DNA of 18,245 bases, from positions 1-18,245 of the forward strand of contig JAEOUE010000195.1 of the NCBI GenBank assembly GCA_016839515.1, read 5' to 3'. The notes under the pieces were generated by a model. It ran no database searches, had not been told where the DNA came from, and saw only the letters and a program-made list of their open reading frames with translations. The translations under genes and the position numbers were made by a program. The stretch is from Candidatus Hodarchaeum mangrovi. GTDB taxonomy: Archaea > Asgardarchaeota > Heimdallarchaeia > Hodarchaeales > Hodarchaeaceae. This document shows, in pieces, positions 7,544 through 15,374 of this stretch (position 1 is its first letter; the number at the start of each line of letters is the position of its first letter).

Positions 7544-8308
7544 TTGGTATTTAAAGTGAATCTTCAGAATAAGAATTTTTCAAAAAATCAAACGCGATTG
7601 CATCAGCAACTAAAAGAAATTTATCGTAACGAGCTGAATGGTCAGGAAGAAGTAACTTTAACTATCGATGATTCTGTTTATCGTGTTGATGTTATTAGTC
7701 AAGATAATTCTATAGTATGTGAAATCCATCGGTCAAATTTTGACAAACGATTCTCAAAGAAAATTCAAGCTTTGCTTTCAATCCCCAAAATATATTTAAT
7801 TATCGTATGTCCGCTTGTATCTGCACAAAAAGTGTTTCGAATGGATAAAGAGAGCGTAATTAACACTAGTTACTATAAAAAACCTTATGCACTATATTCT
7901 CTTTTTGATCTGCTAGTGAGAATAAAAACTCCATTAATAGAAAATCGAATGGAATTTCGTGTTCATCTAATATCCGAAATTGTAACAAAGCAGTTTCAAG
8001 GATTTTTTGGTCGAACACTCCGAAGAAGATACAAGACCGTTGATCGTGAATTAAATTCAATTGAAAAAACACGAGTTTTTAAGAACCGAAATGACTTTAT
8101 TGAACTACTTCCTTCTAATCTTCCTCCTAAATTTACAAGAAAAGAGTTAGGGCAGGCGCTAAGACTTCCTAAAATTTCAGAGAGGTCTGTTCAACGATTA
8201 GCTGGAAGGATGACATACTCCCTATGGAGACTAGGAATACTTGAGCGAATTGGTAAGCAAAAACAGGCATATTTATATGAATATTCTACTATTAAAAGAG
8301 ATAATTAG
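7544..8308 (+). CDS. Putative PD-(D/E)xK restriction-endonuclease-like protein with C-terminal winged helix
   Basis: LHQQLKEIY..EEV....YRVDV....IVCEIH core resembles the H-E-D-ExK/Q nuclease layout; C-terminal LPPKFTRKELGQAL...YSLWRLGILERIGKQKQAYLY fits a wHTH. Confidence 0.6.
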   Translation: MVFKVNLQNKNFSKNQTRLHQQLKEIYRNELNGQEEVTLTIDDSVYRVDVISQDNSIVCEIHRSNFDKRFSKKIQALLSIPKIYLIIVCPLVSAQKVFRMDKESVINTSYYKKPYALYSLFDLLVRIKTPLIENRMEFRVHLISEIVTKQFQGFFGRTLRRRYKTVDRELNSIEKTRVFKNRNDFIELLPSNLPPKFTRKELGQALRLPKISERSVQRLAGRMTYSLWRLGILERIGKQKQAYLYEYSTIKRDN

Positions 8309-8500
8309 AAAATTCTGGGCATTTAACTTAATTTAAAGGATTATAGCTATTCAGGATCATATTCTATCACTTCTTATCATAGGAACTGACACTCTAATAC
8401 TAATAAATATAAATCTGAATATTACAAGGATGATTTAAGGAATTATTCTCTTCTATATTTATAAAAATAAAATTCTTTTTAAAAAACAACATCGAAAAAA

Positions 8501-8527
8501 ATAATCCATTAATTAGAACTGGATTAT
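8501..8527. promoter_or_regulatory. Perfect 8-11-8 inverted repeat, candidate transcription-factor site
   Basis: ATAATCCA-ttaattagaac-TGGATTAT, 58 nt upstream of ATG 8586. Confidence 0.45.
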
Positions 8528-8585
8528 CAAAAATTTTAATTCATTTGGAAATATTAAATAAACTAGGTTGCAGAATTTGAGTTAA

Positions 8586-9689
8586 ATGTCTAGTTTAAAT
8601 GCAATGCAATATACTTTAATTGCATTCCTTTCTGTAATTCTCACTTTAATTGGATTAATTTTATCTTTTCGGGTCTATTACAAAGGAAAATCAAAACCCT
8701 TATGGTATCTTATAATTATTCATCTTTTACTCCTCCCATTCTTCCTTTCTCACAGCCTTCTTTATCTAATTGGTTTGGAACAGAAATTAATTATGACTTT
8801 AATATTTCAATTAACAATTATTCTCTTATGTTTAATATTATTCTTTCTGATATTCTTTATAGAATCATTGCGGGTTGAATCACCTTCAAATTACATTATT
8901 CTTTTTGCTGCATTAGGGGTTGGTAATGGGATATTACTGACATTGTTTCCTGAGACTTTAGAATGGGATGAACTTATCGGTCCATACTTATCTGATTTTA
9001 GTAGAATTATTTTTGCCATAGACCTATTATTAGCTGCAATAATAATCAGCTGGCAAATTTATCAATTTATTCCATTTATCCGATCTGAATATCGCAAATC
9101 ATCAATTTTACTCTTTTCAGGTTGTTTATTACCAATCCTTGGTCCAATGGTAATCATCAGTACAAAACTTTCTTTGGTTTTTTGGGGTTCAGAGTTAATC
9201 CCTATTCCAATTGGTATTCTAATGATGATAATTTCAATAGTGATCGATGACCGAGTTCTCAGAATGGTACCTTTTAATGTATATCGCCTTTCAGTAATGA
9301 ATATGAACATAGGCCTTTCTATTTTCGACATATTATTTGATGCAAAAAAAAGTGGCCCAGATAGCAATACTCTTATACCTCATTTGATGACCGCAAACCT
9401 TCAATTTGTCCAAAGTGTTATTTCTTCAACTGAAAGAATCCAATTCATCCGTACCGATAATTTTATCTTCATATTTGAGGCACTTAATGATGTTGTATGT
9501 TTTGTAATCGCTGATAGAGCATCTATGTTAATTAAGTCAGCATTGAAGGAATTTACTCGTGAATTTGTAAAAGAATTTGGTTTAATTCTTGATTCATGTG
9601 ACATAAGCCATTTTGCTGATGCAGAAAGAATTGTCAAGAAATATTTTTCATTTTTACCATCATCCCGCGTAGTATCTTTTTGTCCCTAA
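8586..9689 (+). CDS. Seven-transmembrane protein fused to a C-terminal longin/roadblock-like domain
   Basis: Seven hydrophobic segments in residues about 8-220, then a soluble beta-beta-alpha-beta-beta-beta-alpha-alpha pattern (VYRLSVMNMNIGLSIF / LMTANLQFVQSV / IQFIRTDNFIFIF / VVCFVIAD / LKEFTREFVKEF / F..AERIVKKYF) typical of Asgard longin-like domains. Confidence 0.7.
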   Translation: MSSLNAMQYTLIAFLSVILTLIGLILSFRVYYKGKSKPLWYLIIIHLLLLPFFLSHSLLYLIGLEQKLIMTLIFQLTIILLCLILFFLIFFIESLRVESPSNYIILFAALGVGNGILLTLFPETLEWDELIGPYLSDFSRIIFAIDLLLAAIIISWQIYQFIPFIRSEYRKSSILLFSGCLLPILGPMVIISTKLSLVFWGSELIPIPIGILMMIISIVIDDRVLRMVPFNVYRLSVMNMNIGLSIFDILFDAKKSGPDSNTLIPHLMTANLQFVQSVISSTERIQFIRTDNFIFIFEALNDVVCFVIADRASMLIKSALKEFTREFVKEFGLILDSCDISHFADAERIVKKYFSFLPSSRVVSFCP

Positions 9690-9712
9690 ATTGCTTAATT
9701 CGTAGAGTAAAC

Positions 9713-9729
9713 TTCTTTCTTTTTTTCTT
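9713..9729 (+). terminator. Putative archaeal oligo-U terminator
   Basis: TTCTTTCTTTTTTTCTT tract 23 nt downstream of the 9689 stop. Confidence 0.4.
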
Positions 9730-9745
9730 AGATTAAATAATTCAA

Positions 9746-10333
9746 ATGGTGGCACAAATGAAAAAAGTTTTAGTAGCCTATTCGAGTCGTTTTGGAAGTA
9801 CAGAGGAAATTGCTATTGATATTGTTGAAACATTAGAAGATGAAGGAATTGAAGTTAAATTACTAAACCTAAGGAAGATTACCCAAATTCCAGATATTAC
9901 TATTTATGATGGGATTTTAGTAGGCAGTGGAATTATGCAAGGAGAATGGACAGAAGAATCATTAGCTTTTTTGAAACAATATCGTGAAACACTTAATAAA
10001 ACAGTTTTAGGTTTGTTTGTGAGCTCTGGAGAAGCAGCCAATCCTAAACTTTATTTTGATGCTCGAAATAAATATTTAAAACGATTGGTTGAAAAATTTG
10101 AGTTCACAAACGATCCTGAAATAGAAGCTTTTGGAGGCGTATTTGATCTTTCTCCCAATTCAATTCATAGTGAGCAGGAAAAGAAAATTCTAAAACAAAT
10201 TATTCTCTCAGATACCACTGGATTTATTGTAAATGATGGAAAATTATCAGACTTTCGAAATTGGCAAAAAATCCGAGATTGGACTCGTTTTTTTGCTCGA
10301 AAAGTAATAGCAACCGAAGATAAATTATTATGA
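9746..10333 (+). CDS. Flavodoxin-domain protein (Flavodoxin_5/HemG-like)
   Basis: KVLVAYSSRFGSTEEIA FMN-phosphate loop, YDGILVGSGI, FGG and C-terminal DFRNWQKIRDW. Alternative start ATG 9758 after GGTGG. Confidence 0.88.
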   Translation: MVAQMKKVLVAYSSRFGSTEEIAIDIVETLEDEGIEVKLLNLRKITQIPDITIYDGILVGSGIMQGEWTEESLAFLKQYRETLNKTVLGLFVSSGEAANPKLYFDARNKYLKRLVEKFEFTNDPEIEAFGGVFDLSPNSIHSEQEKKILKQIILSDTTGFIVNDGKLSDFRNWQKIRDWTRFFARKVIATEDKLL

Positions 10334-10355
10334 ACTAATTAGTGAGAATTGGTTA

Positions 10356-10772
10356 TTACATATCTGTTTTATTTGTTAAATTCAAGGTATTTGGAAATAC
10401 TTCTTTAAAAATAGTATTTTCTACAGGCGACAAAAGAGTCCATTTTCCTTCACGATCTTTTAAAATCAGTCCTCCTTCTTCTAGCAAGTTTAAGTGATGA
10501 GATACTGTTGCTTGTCCTAATTTAGTCAAAAATTCTAGTTCACAGGGGCATTTAATGCCATTATTTATAGCTAACAAAATAAGAACTCGTGCAGGATGAT
10601 TAAGTGCTTTAATAAATTTCTGAAATTGTTTGAACTGAACTTTTTTTTGGCTTTGTTCTAATTTAAGTTTCAGATCATTTAAAAAGTCCATTCTATCCTC
10701 TATTGACTTCCAATTCACTACATTCATTTCTAGAAGTTCGTTTAGTTTTCTTTCTAATTCAGATAGACGCAT
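10356..10772 (-). CDS. arsR: ArsR/SmtB-family metalloregulator
   Basis: FIKALNHPARVLIL, alpha3 metal site KCPCEL (ELCVCDL-like), QATVSHHLNLLEEGGLI...REGKW; located in an arsenic gene cluster. Confidence 0.88.
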   Translation of the reverse strand: MRLSELERKLNELLEMNVVNWKSIEDRMDFLNDLKLKLEQSQKKVQFKQFQKFIKALNHPARVLILLAINNGIKCPCELEFLTKLGQATVSHHLNLLEEGGLILKDREGKWTLLSPVENTIFKEVFPNTLNLTNKTDM

Positions 10773-10829
10773 ATTGTTTACCTTGACTTAAATCTATATC
10801 ATTTATGTAAATATATTTTATTTAAGTAT

Positions 10830-11510
10830 CTAAATAATGATTAACCAGATTGAGATTCCATCAATCAGAATAAAAAAACCTAACACTATTAAAATTATCG
10901 ATAAGATTTTTTGGATTATCATACCATATTTAACCCATTTGGCAAGGGTGACTGATTTTATTTGAATTCCGAAAGTTCCCATTATTATATAAGGCAATCC
11001 AAGACCAAGAGCATATATAAATAGTAAGATATAGCCCCAAAGAAATTCTTGGTTTATTGAAATCATAGCTAATATGACTGTTAAGATAGGAGTTAAGCAA
11101 GGAATCCAAGCTATTCCTGAGACAATCCCAAACATTAATAATCCTAAGATGTGAAAATTTGATGTCAAATGCGAAAAAATGCTCATTCTAGAGAATTTTG
11201 AAGTAAAGAAATCGCGATTAATGACTAAATAGCTCCCGATACTTATAATGATGATTCCTGCAATAACACGAAACAAAGGGAAATAGTAGAAAGATTCAGG
11301 AATAATCTGTAATAACAAATTATAAATAGAAAATGAGATTGATAATCCTAATGTATACATAATGCCTCCTATTAACCCTTTTTTAATATTAGATTCATCA
11401 TTGGCTAGTATATAGGATAAATAGACTGGAATTAAAATCAGATGACAAGGTCCTAAAAATGAGACTATTCCACCTAAGAAACTCAAAAATAGGTAGATTG
11501 GATCAATCAC
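10830..11510 (-). CDS. ccdA: CcdA/DsbD-family transmembrane thiol-disulfide electron transporter (possibly ArsG-like)
   Basis: About 6 TM segments; both conserved Pro-Cys motifs present (SFLGPCHLILIP, WIPCLTPIL) plus YALGLGLPY. GTG start overlaps the upstream gene's stop. Confidence 0.85.
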   Translation of the reverse strand: MIDPIYLFLSFLGGIVSFLGPCHLILIPVYLSYILANDESNIKKGLIGGIMYTLGLSISFSIYNLLLQIIPESFYYFPLFRVIAGIIIISIGSYLVINRDFFTSKFSRMSIFSHLTSNFHILGLLMFGIVSGIAWIPCLTPILTVILAMISINQEFLWGYILLFIYALGLGLPYIIMGTFGIQIKSVTLAKWVKYGMIIQKILSIILIVLGFFILIDGISIWLIII

Positions 11511-11850
11511 TAGCTGTACAATCCTCTTTAGGGGTAATTATTGGCTCAATATCAGTTATAATTTTATTTCTTAGAATTTTTTGTCGGGATAATGTGATCT
11601 TAGTAATCCTTGGATAATATTCAAAGATCTTTGGATCAAATAAGATATTTGAGTAAGAATTTATGCTTATATAATCAGTAACTGATTCATCTTTCTTATT
11701 TAGATCAGAAATTTTTATTATTTTTACTATTGGTTCCACTAGGAGAGAGCAACAACTTGGTGTAACCTTTAAAGTAATAATAATCAAAACATTCTTTGCA
11801 ACTAGCCCTTTCGTAAAGTCATCTTTTAGATCAATGATAAGATTTTTCAA
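11503..11850 (-). CDS. Small CC-motif protein (resembles the HesB-like CC/Se-motif family)
   Basis: 115 aa; IIITLKVTPSCCSLLVEPIVKI places a vicinal Cys pair in a beta hairpin followed by P-x-V. Translationally coupled to ccdA. Both Cys codons are TGT/TGC, with no Sec. Confidence 0.6.
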   Translation of the reverse strand: MKNLIIDLKDDFTKGLVAKNVLIIITLKVTPSCCSLLVEPIVKIIKISDLNKKDESVTDYISINSYSNILFDPKIFEYYPRITKITLSRQKILRNKIITDIEPIITPKEDCTASD

Positions 11851-11860
11851 GTTAAGACAC

Positions 11861-12532
11861 TCATTTAAAAAATTTCTTTTTAAAATGCAGGAAAATAATT
11901 CCTAAAGAGACTCCAAAGGGAGATAGAGTAATGGTTATATTCTGAGGTGAAGTTGAATCACGAAATGTAGGTATTAGAGCTAAAGTATAATTTAATAAAT
12001 TCTCGTTATATTTAATAGGATTATAGACTTTTATTGTAAGAGCGATACCATCAATTGAAAAGTTTATTGTTACTCGCTGATTATTGAAGTAATAATCTAC
12101 AATAAATGAATTTATGTCTTCCTTATCTAAAGAAAAATTCCCCCACCCTCCATGAGACAATTGGTAGGTGATTTCCTTATACGCACTACAACAGCTCCGA
12201 AATACTTTACTCGGGATAAAAAATGGAGGGAGGTTTAAAGGATCTAGTTGCTCACTGATTGTTGAAACATAATAATAACCGTTACCTGTACACCCATATT
12301 CAACCTCATTTGGTAATTTTTCAATTGTTATCTGAAGAGAATCATTAATTTTCATCCAAGATGGTCCTGAAATACCTAATTCAGTGATATTATATCTCAA
12401 TTCTCCTCCATTTTTTATTAAATCCGACCACACAACATAATAAGGGATTGAGGTTGAATTACAACTAGCATTACACAAAGTTAACCCTAAAATAAACCAA
12501 AATGTTGAAGAAAACAGAATTAATTTTTTCAT
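11861..12532 (-). CDS. Exported, C-terminally anchored surface (glyco)protein with a vicinal Cys pair
   Basis: Signal peptide MKKLILFSSTFWFILGLTLC; eight N-x-S/T sequons; GCTG and RSCCS motifs; S/T linker, then hydrophobic segment and basic tail (LSPFGVSLGIIFLHFKKKFFK). Confidence 0.72.
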   Translation of the reverse strand: MKKLILFSSTFWFILGLTLCNASCNSTSIPYYVVWSDLIKNGGELRYNITELGISGPSWMKINDSLQITIEKLPNEVEYGCTGNGYYYVSTISEQLDPLNLPPFFIPSKVFRSCCSAYKEITYQLSHGGWGNFSLDKEDINSFIVDYYFNNQRVTINFSIDGIALTIKVYNPIKYNENLLNYTLALIPTFRDSTSPQNITITLSPFGVSLGIIFLHFKKKFFK

Positions 12533-12542
12533 ATTGATAGGT

Positions 12543-12589
12543 TTCGATTTATCGAATTGTTTAAAAACATATCGAAGATTATCGATATG
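12543..12589. promoter_or_regulatory. Bidirectional promoter/operator of the arsenic island
   Basis: TTCGAT-tt-ATCGAA (12543-12556), TATA-like TTTAAAAA (12560-12567) and perfect CATATCGA-agatta-TCGATATG (12568-12589), between divergent starts 12532 and 12603. Confidence 0.7.
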
Positions 12590-12602
12590 GAGACATTCGG
12601 AT

Positions 12603-13943
12603 ATGGAGAAAGTCCTCGAATTAATCCTAGGTGCTATAGAAAGTGCATTTATTACATTATTAGATTATCTTTCATTGCATGTTCTTTTATGTTTAATACC
12701 TGCATTTTTTATCGCTGGTGCAATGGCATATTTTATCCCAAAGGACTTAATTATGAAATATATAGGAGAAAATGCCGATCCAAAAATTTCTTATCCGATG
12801 GCTACTGCTGGAGGATTTTTACTTGCAGTATGTAGCTGTACAGTCCTTCCTTTATTTGTTGGGATATGGAAACGGGGAGCTGGATTAGGCCCTGCAATAA
12901 CGTTTTTATTTGTGGCTCCTGCTATTAATATTCTTGCTTTAACATATACAGGGACTTTAATAGGACTAGATATTGCTATTGCCAGAGGAATATTAGCAAT
13001 AGTGTTTGCCCTTCTAATTGGATTTTTAATGTCTAAACTATTCGGGAATATTACAGGAGAGATATCTAAGTCTTTAGAGACTTCTTCTTTACCTGATAAT
13101 GATTCTTCTGATGTCCATATTAATACATTATCTATGGTGTTAATTATCATTTTAATTATAGTGTCAGTATCATTAGCAGTATTTACAACTGATTTTATAA
13201 TGTCCATTACTGAAAATTATCCAATTTTTCAAGTAATATTACACTCTCCTTCTTTTTTTCAATCATTGCTATTCTTGATAGGAGTGATAGTTTTACTTGT
13301 ACTAAGCTTTAGATTATCAAGGGAATTAGTACTTTTTTTATGGTTAATTTACATATTAATGACTGGCACTTCTCAAATAACTTATTTTAAAGAGCCCATG
13401 ACTATTTTTATGTTCATAATTCCCCCTAGTTTTATGAATATGGGGTCAAAACTAATTTTATCTCTAAGCTTAATTTTAATTCTACTCTTTTACTTGAAAA
13501 ATAATTTCGAGAAAGATGAACTAAAAGCATGGATGCAGGAAACTTGGTTTTTTGTAAGGTCTATTTTTCCATTAATCATTATTGGTGTTACTTTAGCTGG
13601 CTTTGTAAAGTTCTTTATTCCTCAAGAGATCATTGCATCACTTGTTGGTCAAAATACAATATTCTCTAATTTAATTGCCGTTCTTTTCGGAGTTTTTGCC
13701 TACTTTCCAACACTAATGGAAGTTCCAATAGCTAGAATCTTTTTAGACTTTGGGATGGCTCGTGGACCGTTATTAGCTTATCTCCTTGCAGATCCCGAGC
13801 TTTCAATTCAAAGCATCCTTGTCACACGAAAATTTTTAGGAGATCAAAAAAACCTTGTATTTATTGGACTAGTAATCGTGTTTACTGTCTTTGCAGGATT
13901 ACTATTTGGGGGTATTATTAATGAGGGAATAAGACTTATTTAA
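12603..13943 (+). CDS. arsP: ArsP/DUF318-family permease (organoarsenical efflux-like)
   Basis: LCLIPAFFIAGA, LAVCSCTVLPLF, GPAITFLFVAPAIN, TLMEVPI and GPLLAYLLADPELS. ATG 12603 has a GGAG RBS (12589-12592); the track's TTG 12534 start would cover the promoter. Confidence 0.85.
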   Translation: MEKVLELILGAIESAFITLLDYLSLHVLLCLIPAFFIAGAMAYFIPKDLIMKYIGENADPKISYPMATAGGFLLAVCSCTVLPLFVGIWKRGAGLGPAITFLFVAPAINILALTYTGTLIGLDIAIARGILAIVFALLIGFLMSKLFGNITGEISKSLETSSLPDNDSSDVHINTLSMVLIIILIIVSVSLAVFTTDFIMSITENYPIFQVILHSPSFFQSLLFLIGVIVLLVLSFRLSRELVLFLWLIYILMTGTSQITYFKEPMTIFMFIIPPSFMNMGSKLILSLSLILILLFYLKNNFEKDELKAWMQETWFFVRSIFPLIIIGVTLAGFVKFFIPQEIIASLVGQNTIFSNLIAVLFGVFAYFPTLMEVPIARIFLDFGMARGPLLAYLLADPELSIQSILVTRKFLGDQKNLVFIGLVIVFTVFAGLLFGGIINEGIRLI

Positions 13944-14003
13944 AAAAGAAATGGAAATAAACCGTACAAAGAATTAAAAAAATAATAGAAAATAGAATGT
14001 TAC

Positions 14004-15071
14004 ATGGAGGATTCAACAATTTCAGAAAACTTGGCTTCAGACAAAAAGATTTCATTTCTAGATAAAATGTTACCAATCTTCATTTTAATAGCCATGATAA
14101 TAGGCTTATTTATTGGTCGAATGGTTCCAGATATCCAAGATATCTTTAATGCTGTCCAAATTGATACCGTATCTCTTCCGATTGCAATTGGATTACTATG
14201 GATGATGTATCCTGTTTTGGCAAAGGTACAATATGAAAAAATTCCTCAAGCATTGCAAGAGTATCGCCTTTTTGGAACATCTTTAATCCAAAATTGGATA
14301 ATAGGACCAATTTTTATGACAGGGCTCGCTTGGTTATTTTTAGCAGACTATCCTGGATATCGTGAGGGTATTATACTTGTAGGGTTAGCCCGTTGTATTG
14401 CAATGGTTTTAATTTGGAATATGTTGGCAGGAGGAGATGCTGAAAAATGTGCTATCCTGGTTGCTTTGAATAGTGTTTTCCAAATCTTTTTCTATGCCAT
14501 TTATGCATGGATTTTTATTGGAATAACTAACATTGACATTTTTGATATCGCTCGGAGTGTTTTTATCTTCTTAGGAATACCTTTATTTGCAGGATTTCTA
14601 ACACGGGAAATTCTTAGAAGGAAAAAGGGAAATCAATGGTATTCTGATATATTTATTCCTAAACTCGGACCAACAGCTATTGTTGGGTTATTATTTACTG
14701 TAATTGCCATGTTTTCTATGCAAGGAGAAAAAATACTGAGCCAACCACTGGATATCTTGATTATTGCTATTCCTCTCTTTATTTACTTCATCGGGATGTT
14801 CCTAATAAGCTTTCTAATTTCATTTGCATTAAAATTCAAATACTCTGAAACAGTTACCCTATCGTTTACAGCAGCATCAAATAATTTTGAGCTAGCTATT
14901 GCTGTTGCTATTGCCACATTTGGAATCGATTCAAATCAGGCGTTAGCTACTGTAGTTGGGCCTTTAATCGAGGTACCCGTATTATTATTATTGGTGTACA
15001 TAGCTCTTTGGCTAAAACAATATCTTTTCAAAAATGAATTCCAAAGAACGGAGCCAAATCATGTTTCTTGA
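14004..15071 (+). CDS. acr3: ACR3-family arsenite efflux transporter
   Basis: GLLWMMYPVLAKV, QNWIIGP, GLARCIAMVLIWN (essential Cys), ASNNFELAIAVA and VGPLIEVPVL. Confidence 0.96.
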   Translation: MEDSTISENLASDKKISFLDKMLPIFILIAMIIGLFIGRMVPDIQDIFNAVQIDTVSLPIAIGLLWMMYPVLAKVQYEKIPQALQEYRLFGTSLIQNWIIGPIFMTGLAWLFLADYPGYREGIILVGLARCIAMVLIWNMLAGGDAEKCAILVALNSVFQIFFYAIYAWIFIGITNIDIFDIARSVFIFLGIPLFAGFLTREILRRKKGNQWYSDIFIPKLGPTAIVGLLFTVIAMFSMQGEKILSQPLDILIIAIPLFIYFIGMFLISFLISFALKFKYSETVTLSFTAASNNFELAIAVAIATFGIDSNQALATVVGPLIEVPVLLLLVYIALWLKQYLFKNEFQRTEPNHVS

Positions 15072-15116
15072 AGATATTAGATGAAATTTATATTAAAAAA
15101 CGGAGGTTTATTCGAT

Positions 15117-15365
15117 ATGACAAGAGTTTTAGAAGTTTTCGGACCAGGTTGTACAAAATGTAAAGCGCTAAAGAAAAGTACTGAAGAAGCAGTCGATAAA
15201 TTAGGCTGGCAAGATGTAAAAATACTTTATAATACTAATATGGCGGAAGCAATCCAAAAGGGAATTACTGCAACCCCAGCATTAGCTTTTGATGGAAAAA
15301 TAATCCTATCTGGTCAGTATCTTCCTGCAGATAAACTTGTACAACTGCTTAAAGAAAATAAATGA
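15117..15365 (+). CDS. Small thioredoxin-like redox protein (MTH895/Thioredoxin_3, ArsE-like)
   Basis: LEVFGPGCTKC (CxxC) and ITATPALAFDG (cis-Pro); strong GGAGG RBS at 15102-15106 before ATG 15117. ORF is open from 15081. Confidence 0.88.
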   Translation: MTRVLEVFGPGCTKCKALKKSTEEAVDKLGWQDVKILYNTNMAEAIQKGITATPALAFDGKIILSGQYLPADKLVQLLKENK

Positions 15366-15374
15366 GATTAAAGA

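Noticed and set aside
7866-8072. 68-aa minus-strand ORF
   Set aside because: Antisense shadow within the nuclease-like gene.
8309-8585. Replication origin (AT-rich spacer with a TCCA...TGGA repeat)
   Set aside because: No ORB consensus with G-string, no repeated boxes and no cdc6/orc1 gene in the window.
9062-9637. Minus-strand ORFs 9062-9367 and 9401-9637
   Set aside because: Antisense to the 7TM-longin gene; typical shadows of hydrophobic coding sequence.
9746-10333. Flavodoxin as an ArsH-like member of the arsenic island
   Set aside because: Motifs fit Flavodoxin_5/HemG rather than ArsH, and the gene is convergent with arsR, outside the operator-controlled arms.
12534-12602. N-terminal extension of the permease from TTG 12534
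   Set aside because: It would leave 1 nt between divergent genes and cover the promoter; ATG 12603 has a proper RBS.
12557-12835. Cys-rich 92-aa overlapping ORF (metallothionein-like or leader peptide?)
   Set aside because: Same-strand alternative frame over the conserved arsP N-terminus; TGY codons arise naturally from shifted Ala/Val-rich coding sequence, and there is no RBS or regular Cys spacing.
12791-13207. 138-aa minus-strand ORF
   Set aside because: Antisense shadow of the permease.
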